A DNA stretch of 32,000 nucleotides from Candidatus Saccharimonadota bacterium (lineage in GTDB: Bacteria; Pseudomonadota; Gammaproteobacteria; Enterobacterales; Enterobacteriaceae), in assembly GCA_000217635.1 (NCBI GenBank), contig CP001817.1:60001-92000 (forward strand), read 5' to 3'. The first letter of the stretch is position 1. Each line of letters begins with the position of its first letter. This document shows, piece by piece, positions 20,201 through 29,041 of this stretch. A program made the translations under genes and the position numbers. A model generated the notes under the pieces. It was not told where the DNA came from. It did not search any database and saw only the letters and a list, made by a program, of their open reading frames with translations.

Positions 20201-20793
20201 ATAAATTAGATTGGAAAAAAACAGATTATATGATGCCTGTTATTGCTCAGAATTATTTATCTGGCGAAATATTAATGCATGGATATATGAATAAAAAAGC
20301 ATTATTATACACAATAAAAAAAAAATTATTGACATTTTTTTCAAGAACTAAAAAACGATTATGGACTAAAGGGGAACTATCTAAAAATTTTTTACATGTT
20401 ATTAGTATAAGTTTGGATTGTGATCATGATACCATTTTAGTGTTAGTAAAATCTATTGGTAATACATGCCATTTAAATCGTATTAGTTGTTTTAATTATT
20501 CTTTTTTTAGTTATTTATTTTTATATAAATTAGATAATATTATTGAATATAAAAAACATGATACATTAGAAAATTCTTATACAAAAAAATTATATTCTTC
20601 TGGAACAGCCAGAATTGCACAAAAAGTTGGAGAAGAGGCAATAGAAACAGTTTTAGCTGCATTAGAAAAAGATTCTATTAATCTAATTAATGAAGCTTCG
20701 GATTTAATTTTTCATCTTCTTGTGTTATTACATAATCGTAACTTATGTTTTAATGATATCATTAAAAATTTAAAAAATCGTATGAAGAATTAA
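20179..20793 (+). CDS. hisI: Bifunctional phosphoribosyl-AMP cyclohydrolase / phosphoribosyl-ATP pyrophosphatase
   Basis: The 204-aa ORF (E. coli HisIE is 203 aa) is the last gene of the his cluster. It retains the C-terminal PRA-PH helix region EEAIETVLA...[13 protein letters not shown]. Confidence 0.9.
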   Translation: MFVDKNIDKLDWKKTDYMMPVIAQNYLSGEILMHGYMNKKALLYTIKKKLLTFFSRTKKRLWTKGELSKNFLHVISISLDCDHDTILVLVKSIGNTCHLNRISCFNYSFFSYLFLYKLDNIIEYKKHDTLENSYTKKLYSSGTARIAQKVGEEAIETVLAALEKDSINLINEASDLIFHLLVLLHNRNLCFNDIIKNLKNRMKN

Positions 20794-20942
20794 AATTTTT
20801 TTATTTATTTTTATATAAAAAATAATTTTAATATAAATTTAAATTTTAATCAATGTATATTTAATTGTTTTAGAATTTTTTTTTGAATTTTTTTATTAAT
20901 TTTTTTTAAAATATTGATTAATTAATAAATAAGGGTTTTTAT

Positions 20943-22352
20943 ATGTTAAAAAATGATATTGGTGTAATTGGTATGGGTGTTATGGGAAAAAATTTAGCTC
21001 ATAATATTGCAAATCATGGTTATCAGGTTTCTGTTTTTAATCGTTCTAACAATAGTACGATTAACACGTTAGTTCAAAATCCTATTACAGGACTGTTCCC
21101 TTTTTTTTCTTTAAAAGAATTTATTTTTTCTTTGAAAAAACCTCGCTGTATTTTATTCATGATTAAGGCAGGTTCTCCGGTTGATGAACTAATTTTATTA
21201 ATAAAACCATATTTGGAACATGATGATTTAATTATAGATGGAGGAAATTCTTTTTTTAAAGATACAATATTACGTTGTAAAATGTTAAAAAAAAGTAGAA
21301 TTCTCTTTCTTGGCGCAGGAATTTCTGGGGGTGAAGAAGGAGCTTTAAATGGTCCTGCAATTATGCCAGGTGGTACCGAGGAAGCTTATAAAAGAGTGTC
21401 ATGTATTTTTAAAGATATTTCGGCAAAATATAAAGGAGAATCATGTGTTGAATATATCGGTCCTAATGGATCAGGACATTACGTTAAAATGGTACACAAT
21501 GGGATTGAATATAGTGATATGGAATTAATTGCGGAATCATATTTTCTATTAAAAAAATTACTTGGTGTGAATAATCAAGAAATGTCCGATATTTTTTGTA
21601 TTTGGAATACTGGTGAATTATCTAGTTATTTAATTGAGATAACTGGTCATATTTTATCTAAAAAAAATTCTCAAGGAATATATGAATTAGATAGAATTTT
21701 AGATGAAGCATCGCAAAAAGGTACGGGTATGTGGACTGCTCAAAGTGCATTAGAATTACATACCCCACTTTCTGTAATTACTGAATCTGTCTTTATAAGA
21801 TACTTATCAGCTTTGCGTGCTCAACGTTTCATTGCATCAACAGTGTTAAAAGGGCCTGATTGTGTATTGATAGATAGTAATAATAAAAAAGAATTTATTG
21901 AAGATATACGAAAAGCATTATTTTTAGGTAAAATTATTTCATATGCTCAAGGATTTAATCAAATGAAAGAAGCATCTCAAAAATATTTATGGAATTTAAA
22001 TTTTTCTAATATTGCAAAAATTTTTCGAGCGGGTTGTATTATTCGTGCTAATTTTTTAAATGATATAATGACTTCTTTTTCTAAAAATAATGATGTTATA
22101 AATCTTTTATTAACTCCGTATTTTCAAGATGTTATTAATTTATATCAACAATCATTACGCCGTGTTATTATTACTGCAACAAAAAATGGAATTGCAGTTC
22201 CAGTTTTTTCATCCGCTTTATCTTATTATGATTCATATCGTACAGTAAATTCATCAGCTAATTTAATTCAAGCGCAAAGAGATTATTTTGGTTCTCATAC
22301 ATATAAGAGAATTGATGAAAAAGGTTCTTTTCACACCGATTGGATACATTAA
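20943..22352 (+). CDS. gnd: 6-phosphogluconate dehydrogenase, decarboxylating
   Basis: The 469-aa ORF has an N-terminal Rossmann motif IGVIGMGVMGKNLA, the segment GHYVKMVHNGIEY, and C-terminal AQRDYFGSHTY. Confidence 0.93.
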   Translation: MLKNDIGVIGMGVMGKNLAHNIANHGYQVSVFNRSNNSTINTLVQNPITGLFPFFSLKEFIFSLKKPRCILFMIKAGSPVDELILLIKPYLEHDDLIIDGGNSFFKDTILRCKMLKKSRILFLGAGISGGEEGALNGPAIMPGGTEEAYKRVSCIFKDISAKYKGESCVEYIGPNGSGHYVKMVHNGIEYSDMELIAESYFLLKKLLGVNNQEMSDIFCIWNTGELSSYLIEITGHILSKKNSQGIYELDRILDEASQKGTGMWTAQSALELHTPLSVITESVFIRYLSALRAQRFIASTVLKGPDCVLIDSNNKKEFIEDIRKALFLGKIISYAQGFNQMKEASQKYLWNLNFSNIAKIFRAGCIIRANFLNDIMTSFSKNNDVINLLLTPYFQDVINLYQQSLRRVIITATKNGIAVPVFSSALSYYDSYRTVNSSANLIQAQRDYFGSHTYKRIDEKGSFHTDWIH

Positions 22353-22368
22353 TTTTTTTACATAATTC

Positions 22369-22405
22369 GTAGAGATGTGATTGTAGATAACATCTCTACA
22401 TTTTA
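22369..22405 (+). terminator. Rho-independent terminator-like hairpin downstream of gnd
   Basis: gtagagatgt (22369-22378) is the perfect reverse complement of acatctctac (22390-22399), with an 11-nt loop followed by atttt. It lies 17 nt after the gnd stop. Confidence 0.55.
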
Positions 22406-22449
22406 CTGCTCAATAATATAGTAATATAATTGTAAATTATTAGGTTATT

Positions 22450-24092
22450 ATGGAAAATTCTAAAATAAAAATGTTAGTCACTTGTGCTTTTCCTTATGCT
22501 AATGGAACCCTACATTTAGGACATATATTAGAACAAGTACAAGCAGATATTTGGGTTCGTTATTATCGAATGAGAAAACATCAGGTAACTTTTATTTGTT
22601 CAGATGATTCACATGGCACTGCGATTGTTTTACATGCTAAAAAATTAGGTATTCATCCTAAGAAATTAATTTCTTTAATGAAAATAAAACATCAAAAAAT
22701 TTTATCTAAATTTTCTATTTCACATGATTATTATTCTACTACAGATAGTGCACAAAATAAGTATTTATGTCGCGATATATATCAAACTTTAAAAGAAAAA
22801 AAATTAATTTTTAAAAAAATGATACCACAATTATATGATGTATCGATGAAAATGTTTTTATCAGATCGTTTAGTAAAAGGAATATGTCCGATATGTTCAA
22901 AAAACAATCAATATGGTGATCATTGTGAATTTTGTGGCTCAACTTATAATGCAATTCAATTAAAATATCCTAAATCAATATTATCCAATACTCAACCGAT
23001 CATTAAAAGTTCAAAACATTTATTTTTAAAATTATCGCATTTTTCAAATTTTCTAAAAAATTGGATTAATTCTGGTTCCTTACAGTTGCCGGTTTTAAAT
23101 AAAATCAAGGAATGGCTAATTATAGGATTACATGATTGGAATATATCGCGTGATAAACCTTATTTTGGTTTTAAAGTTCCTGGAATTATTGATAAATATT
23201 TTTATGTTTGGTGGGATGCACCTATTGGGTATATTAGTTGTATTAAAGAACTTAGTTTATTACATAAACGTTTTTCTGTAGATTGTTTCTGGAAAAAAAA
23301 TTCAAATGTTCTTATATATCATTTTATAGGTAAGGATATCATTTATTTTCATAGTTTGTTTTGGCCGGCTATTTTAGAAGGTGCAGGATATCGTCAGCCT
23401 AATAAAATATTTGCACATGGTTATTTAACTATTAACGGAAATAAATTATCTAAATCTAAGGGAATCATGATTTCTGCAAATCAATGGTTAAATTTTTTTG
23501 ATTCTGATTCATTACGTTATTATTTTGCCTCAAAGTTATCTGATTCTATAGATGATATAGAAATGAATTTAAATGATTATTTATTTAAAATTAATTCGGA
23601 TCTTGTAAATAATATTATTAATTTAGCATCTCGCAGCGCTAGTTTCTTAAAAAAATATTTTTCTAATACATTATCTGATGTTATTATAAAACCAAAATTA
23701 TATTTATTATATTATAATTCTATTCAAGAAATAGAATTTTTTTTCGAAAAAAGACAATTTCAAAAAATTATTAAAAAAATTCAGATGTTATCTGATATTG
23801 CTAACCAATACATTACAAAAGAAAAACCGTGGTTATTAATTAAAAATTTTAATACAAAAAAAAGGTGCATAATATATGTTCTATGGGTATTAATTTCTTT
23901 AGAATTTTAATGACCTTTTTAAAACCTATTATTCCAAAAATAGCTAAAAATGCTGAAAAATTTTTAAATATATCATTATCCTGGAATAATATTAAAAGTC
24001 CATTACTCAATCATAAAATAAATAATTTTTTTAGTTTATATAGACGAATTCAAAAATTAGATCTTGTAAATTTTTTAAAAACAATAAGTTAA
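22450..24092 (+). CDS. metG: Methionyl-tRNA synthetase (short form lacking the E. coli C-terminal tRNA-binding appendix), with a frameshift in an A8 tract
   Basis: ORF 22450..23910 carries the HIGH motif (HLGH), a zinc knuckle ([18 protein letters not shown]) and the KMSKS motif (KLSKS). After ..[15 protein letters not shown] it reads junk to a stop at 23910. After the A8 run (23856-23863), ORF 23865..24092 reads [25 protein letters not shown].., matching E. coli [25 protein letters not shown]... Confidence 0.9.
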
Positions 24093-24100
24093 CTTATATT

Positions 24101-25412
24101 TTAAATAGGTTGTATCCATACAACATTTATGTATTTTGTTTTTAAATTTTTATTACTATGAATTGTATAAATTCCAAGAATACTGATTAAATGATGATTA
24201 TAAAATAATAATGGAATTTTACTTCTATACCAAGGTGGAATTTTGTTTTTTTGCCATATATTTTTTATTTTTTTTTTTTGTTTTTTTATTATTAAGATAA
24301 ATATTATTACAAGTTTGAAAGTTTACACTAACTATTTCATTAGTTTTAGGATAAGGTATTTTATTTCCATGTTTATGTTTTTTTAATCCGATTAAAAAAC
24401 CTAAATTTTCTGGTAATTTTATAGGAAAAAATAGATTTTTCCAAATTAAATTATTTTTTTTTATATCTTTTTTATGTTCTATACAATATAGAGAAAAATG
24501 ATATTTATAAATTATATATTGATGAAATATTATTTTTTTATTTTTTTTATCGTCTTGCGGAATAATTTCGTTCTTGATTCGATATAATATATTAAAATTT
24601 GGAAATATTTTACTTTCATGAAATAACCATAACTTTAATAAGGAATATTGTAAATGATTTAATATATTTTTAAATTTTAAAATATATAATCTACCATCTA
24701 TAAACATGTTATTTAACAGATATTTTTTAATTAAAAAATCTAGCACTTCTCTTTCCTTAGAGAGTATTTCTATGCTTATAGCGCAGTTTTTTAAAAAATA
24801 TGGCCAATGTACATCTAGTGTATTTAATATTTTATATCGAATAAAATTTCGATCATATGTGATGTCTTTATTCGTTTTATCTTCAATCCATTTTAATTTT
24901 TTTTTTTTAGCCCAAGAAATAATTTGTTTTTTATTATAATTCAATAAAGGACGTACAACATGTACGTTATGTATGATGTTTGAAAACTTAATACCTGAAA
25001 GTCCAGATATACCCCGACGTCTTTTGAATGATAAAAAAATATTTTCACATTGATCATTAAGGTGGTGTGCTGTTAGAAGAATTTCATTCTTTAATAAAAA
25101 TTTTTTAAATATTTTGTATCTTTTATTTCTAAAATACTGTTCAGGTCCATCAAGATATTTTGTTTGTTTTGGGATATCTGTTATTATAAGTGGAATTTGA
25201 TGTTTTTTACATATTTTAGAACAATATTCCTCGGCTCTTTTAGAATTTTTATTTAAATTATGATTAATATGGATAGCTCTAATATTTATTTTTTTATATT
25301 TTTTCTTCCATTTCAATAATTGAAATAATAAAACTACTGAATCAATGCCTCCACTTAAAGCAATTAGAAAAAGTGTATTTTCTGGATATTTTATAAATAG
25401 ATTTTTAATCAA
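24101..25412 (-). CDS. tilS: tRNA(Ile)-lysidine synthase, with a frameshift in an A12 tract near the 3' end
   Basis: ORF 24225..25412 has the PP-loop LSGGIDSVVL. After the sense A12 run (T12 on the plus strand, 24268-24279), the ORF-track frame gives NKKYMAKKQNSTLV*. The shifted frame gives IKNIWQKNKIPPWYRSKIPLLFYNHHLISILGI...*, matching the E. coli TilS C-terminus (..[33 protein letters not shown].., recalled), with a stop at 24101-24103. Confidence 0.85.
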
Positions 25413-25461
25413 TTGAGATCTCTAAAATTTTTATATTTTTAAATGTTGTTAAGAAAGTTTT

Positions 25462-25535
25462 TGCGTTCGAGTGGATTTGAACCGCTAACCTTTATCATGT
25501 CATGATAATACTCTAACCAATTGAGCTACGAACGC
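25462..25535 (-). tRNA. tRNA-Val (anticodon GAC)
   Basis: The reverse complement gcgttcgtagctcaattggttagagtattatcatgacatgataaaggttagcggttcaaatccactcgaacgca folds as a 74-nt cloverleaf. It has a 7-bp acceptor stem, D arm gctc/gagt, anticodon stem ttatc/gataa with loop atGACat, and T loop ttcaaat. It is similar to E. coli tRNA-Val(GAC) (GCGTTCATAGCTCAGTTGGTTAGAGC...). No 3' CCA is encoded. Confidence 0.9.
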
Positions 25536-25699
25536 ATTTTAATTGTATAATAAATACAAATAGATTTTTTATCAAGAAAAACTTTATATGTAACATATAT
25601 TTTTTAATATTTTTTATAAAATAGTTTTTATTATATATAATAAAAATTATACAATATTTAATTATTTTTATTAATACTTTTTATATAATTTATTAATAT

Positions 25700-26335
25700 A
25701 TGAACAATGTTATTCGAAGGTTAATTTTGCAAGAATTTGAAATATATTGCGAGAAACCTGCAACTGAACTTCGTTATTCTAGCGATTTTGAATTATTGAT
25801 ATCAGTAATATTATCAGCACAAGTTACTGATAAACAAGTAAACATAGTAACTAAAAAATTATTTAAAATTGCATCAACTCCTATGCAAATTTTAAACTTA
25901 GGATATTTTAAATTAAAATTATTAATTAAATCTCTTGGGTTATATAATAAAAAAACTTTATATATTATAAATTTATGTAAAATATTACAAAATAAATATA
26001 AAGGAAAAATCCCTAGAACACAAAAAACTCTATTATCTTTACCTGGAGTAGGAAAAAAAACAGCGAATATTATTTTAAATACTATTTTTTATAAGAATTA
26101 TATTGCTGTTGATAGACATGTGTTTCGTGTATGTAATAGAACAGGTTTTGTTACCGGATGTTCTACTGATGTTATTGAAAAAAAATTAATGCATCACGTG
26201 CCTATAAAATATATTTTACGCATACATAATTGGTTTGTATTACATGGTCGTTATATTTGTAAAGCAAGAAAGCCGAAATGTCATGTTTGTATTATAAATA
26301 AATGGTGTAAATATTTTAAAAATATTAAATGTTAA
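25700..26335 (+). CDS. nth: Endonuclease III (DNA glycosylase/AP lyase)
   Basis: The 211-aa ORF equals E. coli Nth in length. It has the HhH-GPD motif LPGVGKKTAN, the catalytic Asp context VDRHVFRV, and a C-terminal 4Fe-4S ligand pattern CKARKPKCHVCIINKWC. Confidence 0.92.
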   Translation: MNNVIRRLILQEFEIYCEKPATELRYSSDFELLISVILSAQVTDKQVNIVTKKLFKIASTPMQILNLGYFKLKLLIKSLGLYNKKTLYIINLCKILQNKYKGKIPRTQKTLLSLPGVGKKTANIILNTIFYKNYIAVDRHVFRVCNRTGFVTGCSTDVIEKKLMHHVPIKYILRIHNWFVLHGRYICKARKPKCHVCIINKWCKYFKNIKC

Positions 26336-26444
26336 ATATTATATTTTTTAAATATTAATTAATATAAATTAAAGTATTTCTTTTTTAATCTTTATATTTT
26401 AAACTAAGTTAATTTTTTTTAAAATTTGAATAGGATTTTTATTA

Positions 26445-27731
26445 ATGAATAATGACTCTCATATTTTATATATTTTAAAAAGAAGAGGATTGATTTTTCA
26501 GATTTCTGATTTTATAAAATTATCTGATCTTATTGTAAAGAAAAAAATTTCTATATATTGCGGTTTTGATCCAACAGCGGATAGTTTGCATGTTGGTCAT
26601 TTATTACCTATTGTTTGTTTAAGATTTTTTCAAAAATGTGGTTTTTTTCCATATATATTATTAGGTGGAGCTACTTGTATGGTAGGAGATCCTAGTTTTA
26701 AAAAATATGAACGGAAACGTTTTTCATTAGATGAAATTATTTATAATCAAGAAAGAATAAAAAAACAATTATTATTTTTTTTTCGCAGACATGATAATAT
26801 TAAAAATAATATATTTTTTTGTGATAATTACACGTGGTTTAAAAATATTTCAATTTTAGATTTTTTAAAAAATATTGGACAATATTTTTCAATTAATTCA
26901 ATGATTCATAAAGAATCAGTTAAGAATAGGTTACTAAATATTAAAAACGGTATCTCATTCACTGAATTTTCCTATACTTTATTGCAAGCCTATGATTTTT
27001 CTTATTTATTTAAAAAATATGGAGTGATGTTACAAATAGGTGGATCAGATCAGTGGGGGAATATTATAGCCGGAATACATTTAATAAAAAAATTATATAA
27101 ATATCAAGTATATGGTTTAACTATACCTTTATTTACAAAAACTAATGGTGATAAATTTGGAAAAACAGAAACTGATACTGTTTGGTTAGATCCTCAGAAA
27201 ACAAGTCCATATAAATTTTATCAATTTTGGGTTAATATTTCAGATGATAAAGTAAATAGTGCATTAAAATTATTTACTTTTTTAAATGATAATCAAATTA
27301 ATTTTTCAACTTGTGATAATAATTTTGTAAAAAATATTACATATAAAAAAAAACTATTAGCAGATACATTAACGCGATTTGTTCATGGAAAAAAAAATCT
27401 TTTTGCTGTAAAAAGAATTATAGATTGTTTATTTGGTCGAAAATTAATACAAGAAATACAAGAAGATGATTTTACCCAACTTTTAAAAGATGGAATTCCA
27501 CATATTATTTGTAATAATCCTGTTAATTTATCTCATATTTTATTAATATCTAAATTATCTTCATCATTAAGTCAATCTAGAAGAATGATTGCATCCGGTG
27601 GAATATATGTTAATAATATATTAAAAAAGACTCAAGATTATATTTTTCAGAAAAATGATTATATTTTTGGAAAGTATACTTTAATTCGTAAAGGAAAAAA
27701 AAATTTTATGTTGATTTATTGGAAATTTTGA
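26445..27731 (+). CDS. tyrS: Tyrosyl-tRNA synthetase
   Basis: The 428-aa ORF has the class I motifs HVGH and KFGKT, and a C-terminal S4-like region. Confidence 0.92.
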   Translation: MNNDSHILYILKRRGLIFQISDFIKLSDLIVKKKISIYCGFDPTADSLHVGHLLPIVCLRFFQKCGFFPYILLGGATCMVGDPSFKKYERKRFSLDEIIYNQERIKKQLLFFFRRHDNIKNNIFFCDNYTWFKNISILDFLKNIGQYFSINSMIHKESVKNRLLNIKNGISFTEFSYTLLQAYDFSYLFKKYGVMLQIGGSDQWGNIIAGIHLIKKLYKYQVYGLTIPLFTKTNGDKFGKTETDTVWLDPQKTSPYKFYQFWVNISDDKVNSALKLFTFLNDNQINFSTCDNNFVKNITYKKKLLADTLTRFVHGKKNLFAVKRIIDCLFGRKLIQEIQEDDFTQLLKDGIPHIICNNPVNLSHILLISKLSSSLSQSRRMIASGGIYVNNILKKTQDYIFQKNDYIFGKYTLIRKGKKNFMLIYWKF

Positions 27732-27750
27732 TTTCTTATATTTTAAGGGG

Positions 27751-28122
27751 TTATTTAATATTAAAACTTTCTCCACAACCACAATGATATATATTGTTTG
27801 AATTATAAAAAGTAAAGTTATAATTTAAACCTGATTTAAAATAATCTATTATAGTATTTTTTAATATACTCCATTTTTTTTTAGGAATATATAATGGTAT
27901 TTTATTGTAATAAAACATTATATCTGAATCTTTTGAAATGTATATTAAATTTAAAGTATACTTAAATCCAGCACATCCTGATTTTTTTATATTTATTTTT
28001 ATTCCTATGCAATCTATATTTTTTTTAATTAATTTTAAAATTTGTTTTTCTGCTTTTAAAGTAATTTTAATTCCTGATTTTTCTTTTATATTACTTTTAT
28101 TTATATATGTTTTTTGTAGCAT
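27751..28122 (-). CDS. sufA: A-type Fe-S cluster carrier (SufA/IscA/ErpA family)
   Basis: The 123-aa ORF has the three family cysteines in the contexts KKSGCAGFKY and HCGCGESFNI. GCAGF and the length resemble E. coli SufA (TGCAGFGY...ECGCGESFGV, 122 aa). The paralog assignment is tentative. Confidence 0.7.
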   Translation of the reverse strand: MLQKTYINKSNIKEKSGIKITLKAEKQILKLIKKNIDCIGIKINIKKSGCAGFKYTLNLIYISKDSDIMFYYNKIPLYIPKKKWSILKNTIIDYFKSGLNYNFTFYNSNNIYHCGCGESFNIK

Positions 28123-28580
28123 AAATATTCCCGGTATATTAATAAATATGTTTTTAAAAAAATATTATAGTAGTTTTATTTATTTTTTTATAATGTAGAA
28201 GAAAAATTCTATAAAATATATACTTTTTTGTCAATATTGAATGCAATCCTTTTCTTATTTTTATTTTATATAAAATTATTATTAATATTTATTAATAATT
28301 TTAATATATTTTTATATATACTAATATTATTTAAAATAAATATAATGTAAAGATATTTAAAGTACTTACAGTTTAAATTAAAATTTAATAAAAATTTTTT
28401 TATAAATAAATAATTTTTTATCATTATTTTTAAGATAAGTCATAAAATTTTTATAGTGATTTTTAGAATATTATTAATAATATAATTTAAATTTTATGAA
28501 TATAAATTGACGAATATTTGTTATTGTTTTTTAAATATTATTATTAAATATAATAAAAATATTATTCGATTAAATTAAAT

Positions 28581-28624
28581 ATATAAATATATAAATATTT
28601 ATATATATAAATATATAAATATTT
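28581..28624. repeat. Short AT-only direct repeat (two identical 20-nt copies, 24-nt period) in a long spacer
   Basis: atataaatatataaatattt occurs at 28581-28600 and again at 28605-28624. It is low-complexity sequence, so chance or replication slippage is a sufficient explanation. Confidence 0.5.
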
Positions 28625-29041
28625 TTTTTATATTTTTTTATATATAGATATGTATATTTATTTAAATTTTAATCACAATTATTAATTAATATATTATATT
28701 AAATATAATTTACTGATTTTATATTTTTTTTATGTTATTAATACTCTTTATTAGAATTATTAATATTTTATTTAATTATAGAGTATCTTTTTTTTTATTG
28801 TATAATATATTTATAAAAAATTTTAATTTTAATAATAGATACAATCTTAATATCTTGTAAAATATATTAATTATACAATATTATTATTTTTATAATATAA
28901 CATTAATATAATTCTATTATTATAGATTTTTAAAAAATATAATAAATATTAATTATTAATATATATTTAAAATTATTGTATTATACTTTATAAACATTTC
29001 AGTATATTTAATTATTTTTAAAAAAATTATTTGAGAGTGTT

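Noticed and set aside
23865-24092. 75-aa ORF with a GTG start as an independent gene
   Set aside because: It is the C-terminal helix bundle of MetRS, displaced by the A8 frameshift.
24706-24939. 77-aa plus-strand ORF opposite tilS
   Set aside because: It is antisense to tilS with no homology, so it is spurious.
27938-28198. 86-aa plus-strand ORF opposite the sufA-like gene
   Set aside because: It is antisense to a conserved Fe-S carrier gene and runs into the AT-rich spacer, so it is spurious.
28509-28545. TTGACG followed about 17-20 nt later by TAAAT-like hexamers, considered as a sigma-70 promoter
   Set aside because: In sequence this AT-rich, -10-like hexamers occur almost everywhere. 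The site is more than 500 bp from aroH. It is not supportable without transcription start data.
28560-28700. AT-rich repeated motifs (aaatatata units) considered as a CRISPR array or an iteron/origin-like cluster
   Set aside because: There are only two exact 20-nt copies with a 4-nt gap. There are no unique spacers, no cas genes, and no DnaA-box-like or other G/C-containing motif. Low-complexity AT slippage is sufficient to explain them.
28980-29041. Searched upstream of aroH for a TrpR-type operator (the GTACTAGT-like palindrome that regulates aroH in E. coli)
   Set aside because: No such palindrome is present, only AT-rich sequence.
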